From positions 301,440 through 365,439 of the forward strand of contig OZ220750.1 in NCBI GenBank assembly GCA_965117055.1: DNA of 64,000 bases, written 5' to 3'. The stretch comes from Alphaproteobacteria bacterium. GTDB taxonomy: Bacteria > Pseudomonadota > Alphaproteobacteria > MPNO01. The notes under the pieces were generated by a model, which had not been told where the DNA came from, did not search any database, and saw only the letters and a program-made list of their open reading frames with translations. Shown here one piece after another: positions 25,893-34,794 of the stretch; within the stretch, counting starts at the first letter, position 1; each line of letters begins with the position of its first letter. Position numbers and translations under genes: made by a program.

Positions 25893-27003
25893 TCCGCGCC
25901 AGCGCCAGCGCGCCCACGAGACCGCCCGCCGACATCGCCGCCATGGCGTAGAACGCGCCGGCGCCGACATCGTCGTAGAGCGCTCCGGCCACGATAACGG
26001 CGCCGCCCATGACGAGCCCCATCGCCATCCCGGAATAGAGCGCCTGGGCGCTCGCCGAGTGCTCGGGCGGAACCGAGCGGACGATATACAGCATGGCGCC
26101 CAGATGGGCCGCGCCGAAGGTGAGCGCGTGCAGCGCCTGGAGGAAGACGAGCAGCCCCAGCCCGGGCTCGATGGCGAACCCGATCCAGCGGACGATTCCC
26201 GCGATCGCGGCGATGGCGAGCAGCCGGGCCGGACCCAGCCGCGCGGCGAGCCCGCCGCCGAGCGCGAACAGAACGATCTCCGCGAGCACGCCCTCGGCCC
26301 ACAGCAGGCCGATGATGTCGTCGTCGATTCCCGCGTCGCGCCAGGCGAGCGTCGCGAAACCGTACGCAGCCGCGTGGCTCGCCTGGATCAGCGAGGCGGT
26401 GACGAGGAACACCGCCATCGAAGGCTGCGACAGGAGGGCGGCGGCCGGCACGCGGCGGCGCGCCGGCGGCGATCCGGTCTCCGGCATCGTAAGCGAAGCC
26501 AACACGGTGAGCGCCAGCGTGCCGAGGACCAGCCACAGGATCACGTCGGCACCGGCGCCTCCCACCATCCGACCGCCGGCGGTTGCGCCCACGATGAAGG
26601 CGATCGAGCCCCACAGGCGGACACGGCCGTAGTCGAAACGGCGTTCCCGGGAAGCGAGAAGGGTCATGTTCTCGCCCATCGGAATGATCGGCGTGAAGGC
26701 GATCGCGGCGAGAATGCTGACGGCGAGAAGCGCCGCGAAACCTTCCGCGATCAGGAACAGCAGGTGTACCGCGAAAGACGAGAGCGTGAGCAGGATCAGG
26801 ACCCCGCGCCGGCGTCCCCGACGGTCCGCGAAATGCGCGGCGAGCGCGGGCGCGGCGATTCTGATCCAGCTTCCCGCGGTGAAGAGGATCCCGATCTCGA
26901 TCGCGCTCATCCCCTTCGCGGTCAGCCAGACCGGCCAGAACGGCAGCGACACGCCGACGAACAGGAAGACCGCCGCGTAGAACAGAGCAAGGCGCACCGC
27001 CAT
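25852..27003 (-). CDS. MFS transporter
   Basis: About 12 predicted hydrophobic helices, MFS-typical G-rich loops; convergent with 25473-25892. Confidence 0.7.
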   Translation of the reverse strand: MAVRLALFYAAVFLFVGVSLPFWPVWLTAKGMSAIEIGILFTAGSWIRIAAPALAAHFADRRGRRRGVLILLTLSSFAVHLLFLIAEGFAALLAVSILAAIAFTPIIPMGENMTLLASRERRFDYGRVRLWGSIAFIVGATAGGRMVGGAGADVILWLVLGTLALTVLASLTMPETGSPPARRRVPAAALLSQPSMAVFLVTASLIQASHAAAYGFATLAWRDAGIDDDIIGLLWAEGVLAEIVLFALGGGLAARLGPARLLAIAAIAGIVRWIGFAIEPGLGLLVFLQALHALTFGAAHLGAMLYIVRSVPPEHSASAQALYSGMAMGLVMGGAVIVAGALYDDVGAGAFYAMAAMSAGGLVGALALARITPSAARSAGSRA

Positions 27004-27088
27004 CGCCGATCCCGTGGTCCCGAATTCACTCACCCATACCCAACGCCTATAGTGGACCGACCCGCGGCCACCGCGAAGGGAGACCCCC

Positions 27089-28828
27089 ATGCCTCAGGAA
27101 CAGATCCAGGTCGACAGCCTGGCGGAAGCCTATCTCGCGCTCTTGAAGGACCGGGGCGTCGACTACCTGTTCGGCAATGCGGGAACCGATTTCGCATCGG
27201 TCATCGAGGCGCTGTCGAAGTCCGCCACCGAAGGAACCAGCGCGCCCACGCCGATGACGGTTCCGCACGAGAACCTCGCGGTTTCCATGGCGCATGGCTA
27301 CTTCCTCGCCACCGGCAAACCGCAGGCGGTGATGGTCCATGTCAATGTCGGCACGGCCAACGCGATCTGCGGCATCACCAACGCGGCGCGCGAGAACGTG
27401 CCGATCATCTTCACCTCGGGCCGGACTCCGCTGACCGAGAGCGGCGCGCCCGGCGCGCGGTCGATCTACATCCATTGGGGCCAGGAGATGTTCGACCAGG
27501 CGGGCATGGTCCGCGAGATGGTCAAGTGGGACTACGAGCTGCGCAACGCGCGTCAGCTGGAAACCATCGTCGACCGCGCGGTCAACGTGGCGATGAACGA
27601 GCCGAGGGGGCCGGTCTATCTCACCCTGCCGCGCGAGGTGCTGGCCGAGAAGCCGGGTGAGTTCGCGTATGAGAGCCCGACGCGCCGGCTTACCGCGTCC
27701 AGCCCCGCGCCGGACCCCAACGCGATCGACCAAGCGGCCGATTGGATCGCGGCGGCGGAGAACCCGCTGGTGATCACCGCCAGCGCCGGCCAGAACCCGG
27801 CCTCGGCGAAGGCGCTCACCGATCTCGTCGAGCGGTATGCGCTGCCGGTGGTGACGTACCGTCCGCGCTACGTCTCGGTGCCCACCGACCACGAGATGCA
27901 CATGGGGTTCGAGCCGGGCGGCTTGGTCAAGGAGGCCGATCTGATCCTGGTGGTCGATTGCGACGTGCCCTGGATCCCGAGCCTGCACAGCCCCAACCCG
28001 GACGCCAAGGTGGTGCACATGGGCGTCGATCCGCTGTTCAGCACCTACCCGGTGCGGGGCTATCCCTGCGACCTCGCGATCACCGCGGAATCGAGCCTCG
28101 GCCTCGCGGCGCTCGGTGAAGCCTTGGGCGAAGGGATGAACGGACGCATCGACGGGCGACGGGCGCGCGCCGCCGAACGCAAGGCCGCGGCGGCAGAGGC
28201 GCGCGCGGCGCGGATCGAGGCGGCGAGGACCCGCGGCGCCACCGACTCCGCCTGGATCGCGCACTGCATCGACGAGATCAAGGACGACGACGACGTGATG
28301 GTGAGCGAATCCCAGCTCGCCCTCGGCAATATCGATTTCCGCGAGCCGGGCACCTTCTTCGCCACCAGCCCGGCCGGCGGGCTCGGCTGGGGGATGGGCG
28401 CCTCGCTCGGCGTCAAGCTGGGTTACGGCGACCGCCGGGTGTTCTGCGTCGTGGGCGACGGCTCCTACATGTTCGGCAACCCGACGCCCGCGCATTTCGT
28501 CTCCGCCGCCAACGGCCTGCCGGTGCTCACCGTGATCCTCAACAACCGGATGTGGGGATCGGTGCGGAAGGCGACGCTCGGCCTGCACCCCAACGGCGCT
28601 GCGTCGCGCACCAACCGCGCGCCTCTCACCTATCTCGAACCCGCGCCGGCCTATCACAAGGTCGTCGAGGCCTCCGGCGGCTACGGCGAGGAAGTCGAGA
28701 CCCCCGACGCGCTGCCCGGCGCGCTGGAGCGCGGGCTGAAGGCCGTCGAGGTCGAAAAGCGCCAGGCGGTGCTGAACGTCCAGACGGCCTACGACGACTC
28801 GGCGGCGCTCGCCGATTCCAGACGCTGA
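27089..28828 (+). CDS. thiamine-pyrophosphate-dependent enzyme (acetolactate-synthase/benzoylformate-decarboxylase-like)
   Basis: N-terminal TPP pyrimidine domain (YLFGNAGTDFASV), central domain, and C-terminal GDG-X-N TPP-binding motif (VVGDGSYMFGNPTP...NNRMWG). Confidence 0.75.
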   Translation: MPQEQIQVDSLAEAYLALLKDRGVDYLFGNAGTDFASVIEALSKSATEGTSAPTPMTVPHENLAVSMAHGYFLATGKPQAVMVHVNVGTANAICGITNAARENVPIIFTSGRTPLTESGAPGARSIYIHWGQEMFDQAGMVREMVKWDYELRNARQLETIVDRAVNVAMNEPRGPVYLTLPREVLAEKPGEFAYESPTRRLTASSPAPDPNAIDQAADWIAAAENPLVITASAGQNPASAKALTDLVERYALPVVTYRPRYVSVPTDHEMHMGFEPGGLVKEADLILVVDCDVPWIPSLHSPNPDAKVVHMGVDPLFSTYPVRGYPCDLAITAESSLGLAALGEALGEGMNGRIDGRRARAAERKAAAAEARAARIEAARTRGATDSAWIAHCIDEIKDDDDVMVSESQLALGNIDFREPGTFFATSPAGGLGWGMGASLGVKLGYGDRRVFCVVGDGSYMFGNPTPAHFVSAANGLPVLTVILNNRMWGSVRKATLGLHPNGAASRTNRAPLTYLEPAPAYHKVVEASGGYGEEVETPDALPGALERGLKAVEVEKRQAVLNVQTAYDDSAALADSRR

Positions 28829-30003
28829 TGGGCTTCCCCGGGGAGGCCGTCAACGGGGCGCTGGAAAGGCTCCACGCCCACCCCTTCTATCGTGGACGAC
28901 TGCCCAAGGCGGTCGCGGACAAAGAAGAATTCGCTGACACCGTACCCCTGATGACGCGGGCGGATTTCGTCGCCGAGATGGCAAAGCCGGGCTACGGCGG
29001 GTTCGGCGGCGCGAAGCCGGTCCGCGCCAACTTCACACCGATGGGTCCGTCCCTGGTGCCGGTCTTCCAGACCCGGGGCGACCTTGACCGCATGATCGCG
29101 GCCGCGGGCACCCATCTCGCCGCCTGCGGAATCGGCCAGGGCGACGTCTGCGCGGTGACCTTCGGCTACCACCTGTTCGTCGCCGGTCTGTTCTACCAGT
29201 CGCAGATGGAGGCGCACGGCATCGCCTGCATTCCGCTCGGCCCCGGCGAAGCGGAGCGCGCGGTCGAAATATGCAACGGTCACGGCGTGACCGTGCTCGC
29301 CGGCAATCCGAGCTTTTCCCTGCGGCTGATCGAGGCGGGCCTCAACCCGCCCAGGGTGTTCTTCGCCGGCGGCGAGGCATTCACCGGCAACGCCGCGCTC
29401 TATGCGAGGGTTCGCGCGGCGATGCCGGAGACCACGCTGGTCGACGCGTTCTCCCTCTCCGAGTTCCTTCCCGTCGCGCGCACCTTCCCCGGCGGCGAGG
29501 GCGTTCACGTGTTCGACGAGCTGGTCCATGCCGAGGTGATAAACCCCGAAACGCTGCAACCGGTGCCGGACGGGGAGCGCGGCGAGCTGGTGCTGACCCA
29601 TCTGGTCAAGGAGGCTCAGCCGCTCGTCCGCTACCGCACCGGCGACCTCACGATCCGGCGGACGACGGCGCCGGTGCACGGCCGCACGGTCAGCCTGCCG
29701 CGCGTGGTCTTCGGCCGCACGGACGAGATGGTCAAGGTCAAGGGGGTCAAGATCTACCCGTCCGAGATCCGTGCGGTCCTCCTCGGCATCGACGGGCTGA
29801 CCGGGAAATACCGCATCGCCGTCGAAGCGGAGCGGGGACGCGACCGGCTCGCGCTGATCCTCGAAGGCAGCGTGGACGACGATGCGCTGGAAACCGTGGC
29901 CGAGCGGTTCAGGAGCCAGACCCTGATCGGCGCCGACCGGATCGAGGTCGCGGCGGCGCTCGACGACGGCCCGGTCACAGTGGACCGCAGGGGTTCCGCA
30001 TGA
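28828..30003 (+). CDS. PaaK-family adenylate-forming enzyme (second, shorter paralog)
   Basis: PaaK/F390-synthetase-like fold; ATGA overlap with upstream TPP enzyme and downstream ligase-like gene. Confidence 0.55.
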   Translation: MGFPGEAVNGALERLHAHPFYRGRLPKAVADKEEFADTVPLMTRADFVAEMAKPGYGGFGGAKPVRANFTPMGPSLVPVFQTRGDLDRMIAAAGTHLAACGIGQGDVCAVTFGYHLFVAGLFYQSQMEAHGIACIPLGPGEAERAVEICNGHGVTVLAGNPSFSLRLIEAGLNPPRVFFAGGEAFTGNAALYARVRAAMPETTLVDAFSLSEFLPVARTFPGGEGVHVFDELVHAEVINPETLQPVPDGERGELVLTHLVKEAQPLVRYRTGDLTIRRTTAPVHGRTVSLPRVVFGRTDEMVKVKGVKIYPSEIRAVLLGIDGLTGKYRIAVEAERGRDRLALILEGSVDDDALETVAERFRSQTLIGADRIEVAAALDDGPVTVDRRGSA

Positions 30004-31112
30004 GCGGCTGGCGTCTGGTGGTCGACCGAGGCTCCTACGCCGATTTCTCGGTTTCGGTCTCGCCCGCGGTGGAGAAGGCGGTGACGCGTGGGGAAGCGCC
30101 GCCGACGGTTTTCCTCAACGTCTTCGATTCCGACTCGATCACCATCGGCGTCAACGAGGACCCCGAGCAGGTGCTCGACCTCGAATTCTGCCGCGCCCGG
30201 GGGATCGATTTCCGCCGCCGCGTCAATGGCGGCGGGCCGATCTATGCCGGGGCCGGGTCGGCGTTCCTGATCTATTTCCTGCCCGTCTCGCACAAGGAGG
30301 TTCCGGCGACCACCGAGGAGGCGTTCCGCAAGATCCTGAGCGCGGTCGCTGATGTGTTCCGCGACCGCTACGCCTTCCCGGCGGAATACCGCCCGCTCAA
30401 CGACATCCAGGTCGAAGGGCGGAAACTGGTTCCCGCCTCGCTCAAGATCGAGGACGGGGCGATGACGCTCCGCATCGTGGTCAACGTAAAGCCGATCGAT
30501 ACGGAGCTGGCGGGCAAGGCGATGCCGATGCCGCCGGAGAAGGTCCGCGACAAGGCGCTGAAGACGCTGGAATCGCGTTTCACCTGGCTGGAGAGGGAGG
30601 CCGGCCGCGAGATCGACGAAGAAGAGCTGACCGCTTTCGCCATGGCCTGCACCGAACGGGCTTTCGGCGAATCGGGGCTGGAACGGGCAATGCTCGGCGC
30701 GGTGGAACGAGACTACGCTGATGCCTTTCGGGCCGAGCTCGATACCGAGGCCTGGCTGTTCGGGAAGTCCGAACGGATCCGCTTCGCCGATACGCTCCGT
30801 CTCGGCGACCTGGTGGGAAGGGGCCGCGAGAAGGCGATGGGCGGGATGATCCGCGCGACGCTGGCCGTCCGGGACGGGATCGTCCTCGATACGATCGTCA
30901 ACGGCGACTGGCACCCGCGCCCGCTCGAATCCATCGATTGGCTCGAGCGCTCGCTCGCCGGTGTGCCGGCCAAGGCGGACTCTCTGAGGCGCGCCGTGGA
31001 AGTCTTCCTCGCTCGTGACGACGTGGAGTTCGCGGGCATCGGGGCCGACGACCTGATGGTCGCGCTCGAAGCCGCGCTCGCCGAGCTGCGACCGTGGACC
31101 GGCGCGTCCTGA
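30000..31112 (+). CDS. biotin/lipoate A/B protein ligase-family protein (lipoate-protein-ligase-like)
   Basis: BPL/LPL catalytic-domain-like N-terminal half (FLNVFDSDSITIGVNEDPEQVLDLEFCRARGIDFRRRVNGGGPIYAGAG). Confidence 0.5.
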   Translation: MSGWRLVVDRGSYADFSVSVSPAVEKAVTRGEAPPTVFLNVFDSDSITIGVNEDPEQVLDLEFCRARGIDFRRRVNGGGPIYAGAGSAFLIYFLPVSHKEVPATTEEAFRKILSAVADVFRDRYAFPAEYRPLNDIQVEGRKLVPASLKIEDGAMTLRIVVNVKPIDTELAGKAMPMPPEKVRDKALKTLESRFTWLEREAGREIDEEELTAFAMACTERAFGESGLERAMLGAVERDYADAFRAELDTEAWLFGKSERIRFADTLRLGDLVGRGREKAMGGMIRATLAVRDGIVLDTIVNGDWHPRPLESIDWLERSLAGVPAKADSLRRAVEVFLARDDVEFAGIGADDLMVALEAALAELRPWTGAS

Positions 31113-31543
31113 ACCCCACGCCCGATGCGCCGGGCGCCTACGCGCTGATCCTCCGGCTCGCCCGCGAAACCCGCCTCGACATCGCGTCCCTCGGCCGGCC
31201 CGTCCTGCCCGCCGGGCTCTACCTCTACGCCGGCAGCGCCTGGGGTCCGGGCGGCATCCGCGCCCGCGTCTCCCGGCATCTGCGCCGGGGCAAGGCGCGA
31301 GTCTGGCACATCGACCGCCTGACAGAGGCGGCGGCGGTCGAACGAGTCATCGCGTTTCCCGGCGGGCGGGAGTGCGCCATCGTCGCCGCGGCAACGGGCG
31401 CAAGTGTCCCGATAGCCCGCTTCGGCGCCTCCGATTGCCGGCGCTGCGAGGCGCATCTCCTGGCGGTGGAACCCTATATCGTCGACGCGTTGACGCCGAT
31501 TGCCCTTGACAAGGATGATATCCTTTCTAAAACAAGGATATGA
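31094..31543 (+). CDS. DUF123-family protein (GIY-YIG nuclease superfamily)
   Basis: GAYALILRL...GLYLYAGSA...RVSRHL...RVWHIDRL pattern of DUF123/GIY-YIG-like proteins; overlaps upstream gene by 19 nt and is followed by vapB with 4-nt overlap. Confidence 0.5.
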   Translation: MDRRVLNPTPDAPGAYALILRLARETRLDIASLGRPVLPAGLYLYAGSAWGPGGIRARVSRHLRRGKARVWHIDRLTEAAAVERVIAFPGGRECAIVAAATGASVPIARFGASDCRRCEAHLLAVEPYIVDALTPIALDKDDILSKTRI

Positions 31544-31836
31544 GCAAGGTCACCAGCAAGCTCCAGGTTACGCTGCCCAAGGCGCTCGCCGAGCGTTACG
31601 GAATCGAGCCCGGCGACGATATCCGCTTCGAAGAGGCGGGCGAAGTCATCCGCGTGGTGCCCGCCGGTGTCGATGCGGCGGCCAGAGGTCTCGGCACCGA
31701 GGTGCGGCTGCGCCTGTTCGACGCCGCAACCGACCGCCAGCGGGCGCGCGATGCGGGTCGACCCGCACGTCGCGCCGAGACGCGCGGCTGGACCCGGGAG
31801 GAACTCTACGAGCGTGGCCCCCAGGACGCTGATTGA
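31540..31836 (+). CDS. vapB: VapB-type antitoxin (AbrB/SpoVT/MazE-fold)
   Basis: N-terminal swapped-hairpin DNA-binding motif LQVTLPKALAERYGIEPGDDI; overlaps vapC. Confidence 0.75.
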   Translation: MSKVTSKLQVTLPKALAERYGIEPGDDIRFEEAGEVIRVVPAGVDAAARGLGTEVRLRLFDAATDRQRARDAGRPARRAETRGWTREELYERGPQDAD

Positions 31837-32257
31837 CACCAATATACTGGTCTATCGTTACGACAGCCGATTTCCGGACAAGCGGTCTATCGCATCCGAT
31901 GTCCTGCGCGACGGAATTGCCGAGGGAACCGCGCGCATCCCCCACCAGGCGATCGTCGAGTTCGTCGTGGCAACGACCCGGGGCTCTCCGGAAGACCGGT
32001 TGCTCGACGCCGCGGACGCGCGACGGGAGGCCGAAGAGCTTATGATGCAGTTCCCGATCCTCTATCCCGATGAAGCCGTGCTGCGGATGGCGCTACGGGG
32101 CGCGGCGGCGTACCGCCTGTCCTGGTTCGACGCACACCTCTGGGCGTATGCGGAAGTCCATGGCATCGAGGAACTGCTGTCCGAGGACTTTCAACATGGC
32201 CGCACGTACGGCACGGTGACGGTCCGAAACCCCTTCCTGACGCAAGCCCTTCACTAG
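31814..32257 (+). CDS. vapC: VapC-type PIN-domain toxin (GTG start, 23-nt overlap with vapB)
   Basis: LIDTNILVY N-terminal PIN signature with conserved acidic residues downstream. Confidence 0.7.
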   Translation: MAPRTLIDTNILVYRYDSRFPDKRSIASDVLRDGIAEGTARIPHQAIVEFVVATTRGSPEDRLLDAADARREAEELMMQFPILYPDEAVLRMALRGAAAYRLSWFDAHLWAYAEVHGIEELLSEDFQHGRTYGTVTVRNPFLTQALH

Positions 32258-32336
32258 GGGCGCCAGCGATCCTTCACCTTGTTCCCGCGCACGCGAATCG
32301 GGATAGTCGCGCCGACCCGCAATAGAGGCCCCGGAC

Positions 32337-33122
32337 ATGAGCGCCGACAAACCCGTGCTGACGATCGACCGGCCGGAGGAGGGAATCGCCCGCATCGGGC
32401 TCAACCGGCCGGAGAAGCGCAACGCGCTCGATCCCGAGCTTAGGCTGGCGCTGATCGACGGGATCGAGTCGGTGCTGGCGGACCCGTCCGTCCGCGCCGT
32501 TGTCCTCGCCGGCAATGGCGGGCATTTCTGCGCCGGCGGGGACATCGCCTCGATGGAGGGGCTCGACGCGGCGGCGGGGCGCGCGCGGATGAAGTCCAAC
32601 CACCGCATGGTCCGGCTGATCGCGGATGCCGAGAAACCCGTGATAGCCGCGATCGAGGGCTATGCGGTCGGCGCCGGAGCCGGCATCGCGCTTCTCGCCG
32701 ACACCGTCGCGATCGCCGAGACCGGCGCGATCGGATTTCCGTTCTTCAAGGTCGGATTGATCCCCGACTACGCGATCCTTCACACCCTGCCGCGCCGGGT
32801 CGGAGCGGCCAGAGCGCGCCAGATCCTCCTCTACGCGCGGATGCAGCGGGGCGCGGAGGCGGTCGAAGTCGGGCTCGCCGACGAGCTCGCGCCCGAGGGC
32901 GGGGCCGAGGCCGTCGCGCTGGAACGCGCGCAGGAACTCGCCGCCATGCCGGCGCTCGCCTTCGCGCTGGCCAAGCAGCAGATCGGGCTCGCGCCGGTGA
33001 GCCTGGAAGCGGCGCTGGAGATGGAGGCGCTGGGCCAGGCCTCCAATTTCACCACCGCCGACTTCGCCGAGGGCCGCGCGGCGTTCAGGGAGAAGCGCGC
33101 GCCCGACTTCCGGCGCTCGTAG
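32337..33122 (+). CDS. enoyl-CoA hydratase/isomerase (crotonase) family protein
   Basis: Crotonase fold signatures (GNGGHFCAGGDI oxyanion-hole region). Confidence 0.8.
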   Translation: MSADKPVLTIDRPEEGIARIGLNRPEKRNALDPELRLALIDGIESVLADPSVRAVVLAGNGGHFCAGGDIASMEGLDAAAGRARMKSNHRMVRLIADAEKPVIAAIEGYAVGAGAGIALLADTVAIAETGAIGFPFFKVGLIPDYAILHTLPRRVGAARARQILLYARMQRGAEAVEVGLADELAPEGGAEAVALERAQELAAMPALAFALAKQQIGLAPVSLEAALEMEALGQASNFTTADFAEGRAAFREKRAPDFRRS

Positions 33123-33132
33123 GGAGAGACTC

Positions 33133-34659
33133 ATGACGATCGATCCTCAGTCGCCCGATCTCTCGCTCGGCGTCATCGGCACGGGAACCATGGGCCGGGG
33201 CATCGCCCAGATCGCGGCGGCGGGGGGTCTTTCCGTCCGGCTGTACGACACGCGCGACGGCGCGGCGGAAGAGGCATCCGCCTTCGTCTCGCGAATGCTG
33301 CTGAGGGCGGCGGAAAAGGGCGGCATGACGGAGAGCGCGGCCAAGGCAGCGATCGCCCGGCTCGCCATCGTCGACGGTCTCGATGCGATGGCGAACGCCG
33401 ACATCGTGGTCGAAGCGATCGTGGAGGAGCTGGAGGCCAAGAAACGGCTTTTCGCCGAGCTCGAATCCATCGTCTCCGCCGACTGCATCCTCGCCTCCAA
33501 CACCTCGTCGCTCTCGGTGACCGCCATCGCCGCCGATTGCGAGCGGCCGGAGCGCGTCGCCGGCTGGCATTTCTTCAATCCGGTGCCCCTCTTGAAGGTG
33601 GTCGAGGTGGTCGACGGACTCTTGACCGCGCCCTGGGTCGGCGATGCGCTTCACGGCATCGCGCGGCGCTGCGGCCACCGCCCGGTGCGCGCCAAGGATT
33701 CGCCCGGCTTCCTGGTCAACCACGCCGGGCGCGGGTTCGGCACCGAGGGCCTCAGGATCGTCCAGGAAGGCATCGCAGCCCCCCGCGACGTCGACGACAT
33801 CCTGCGCGACGGCGGCACCCGGTTCCGCATGGGTCCGTTCGAGTTGTTCGACACGACCGGGCTCGACGTTTCCGGCGTGGTGATGGAATCGATCTACCGC
33901 CAGTTCTACGAGGAGCCGCGGTTTCGGCCGGCCCCGCTCACCCGCCAGCGCATGGCCGCCGGGCTCTACGGGCGCAAGACCGGGCGCGGGTTCTATGCCT
34001 ATGAGGACGGGAGGAAGGCGGCGGTAGAAGCTGCGGCGGTTCCCCAGGCGGACCCGGCCCCGGTCTGGGTGAGCCCAGCGGACCCCGAAGGTCAGGAAGC
34101 GGTCATGGCGGCCATCGCCGAGGCGGCGACGCTGGAGAGCGGGGCCGGCCCCGGCCCCGGAACGCTCTGCATCGTCACCCCGACCGGGACGGATGCCACG
34201 ACCACCGCTCTCGACCAGGGGCTTCCGCCCGAACGCACGGTAGCGGTCGACACGGCGTTCGGCCTCGACGGCAGGCGCACCGTCATGACCACCCCGGTAA
34301 CGGAACCCCGCTGGCGCGATCTCGCCCATGCGCTGCTCGCCGCCGACGGCACGCCGGTCACGGCGATCGGAGACAGCCCCGGCTTCGTTGCCCAGCGGGT
34401 GATCGCGACCGTCGTCAATATCGGTTGCGACATCGCCCAGCAGGGAATCGCGAGTCCCGCCGACATCGACGCCGCGGTCGAGCTCGGCCTCGCCTATCCG
34501 CGCGGCCCGATCGCCTGGGGCGACTGGCTCGGACCCGCCAGGGTGCTGGCCATCCTCGAAGCGTTGCACGACTTCTACCGCGATCCGCGCTACCGCCCGA
34601 GCCCGTGGCTGACCCGCCGCGCGAGTCTCGGCGTGCCTCTCTCCACGATCGCGCGCTGA
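33133..34659 (+). CDS. 3-hydroxyacyl-CoA dehydrogenase (NAD-binding), extended C-terminus
   Basis: N-terminal GxGxxG (VIGTGTMGRGIA) and 3HCDH catalytic region (NTSSLS). Confidence 0.8.
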   Translation: MTIDPQSPDLSLGVIGTGTMGRGIAQIAAAGGLSVRLYDTRDGAAEEASAFVSRMLLRAAEKGGMTESAAKAAIARLAIVDGLDAMANADIVVEAIVEELEAKKRLFAELESIVSADCILASNTSSLSVTAIAADCERPERVAGWHFFNPVPLLKVVEVVDGLLTAPWVGDALHGIARRCGHRPVRAKDSPGFLVNHAGRGFGTEGLRIVQEGIAAPRDVDDILRDGGTRFRMGPFELFDTTGLDVSGVVMESIYRQFYEEPRFRPAPLTRQRMAAGLYGRKTGRGFYAYEDGRKAAVEAAAVPQADPAPVWVSPADPEGQEAVMAAIAEAATLESGAGPGPGTLCIVTPTGTDATTTALDQGLPPERTVAVDTAFGLDGRRTVMTTPVTEPRWRDLAHALLAADGTPVTAIGDSPGFVAQRVIATVVNIGCDIAQQGIASPADIDAAVELGLAYPRGPIAWGDWLGPARVLAILEALHDFYRDPRYRPSPWLTRRASLGVPLSTIAR

Positions 34660-34794
34660 GACACCGGCGCAGGGCCGCAAGGGGGTTGCATCGCCGCGGC
34701 GGCGAAGACACATTGCGGCACCCCGGCGGGTCTCGATTCGATTACCCTCGACCGCGCGAATTCGCACTCGCGGGCTTCCCTGTGTGAGACCTTC

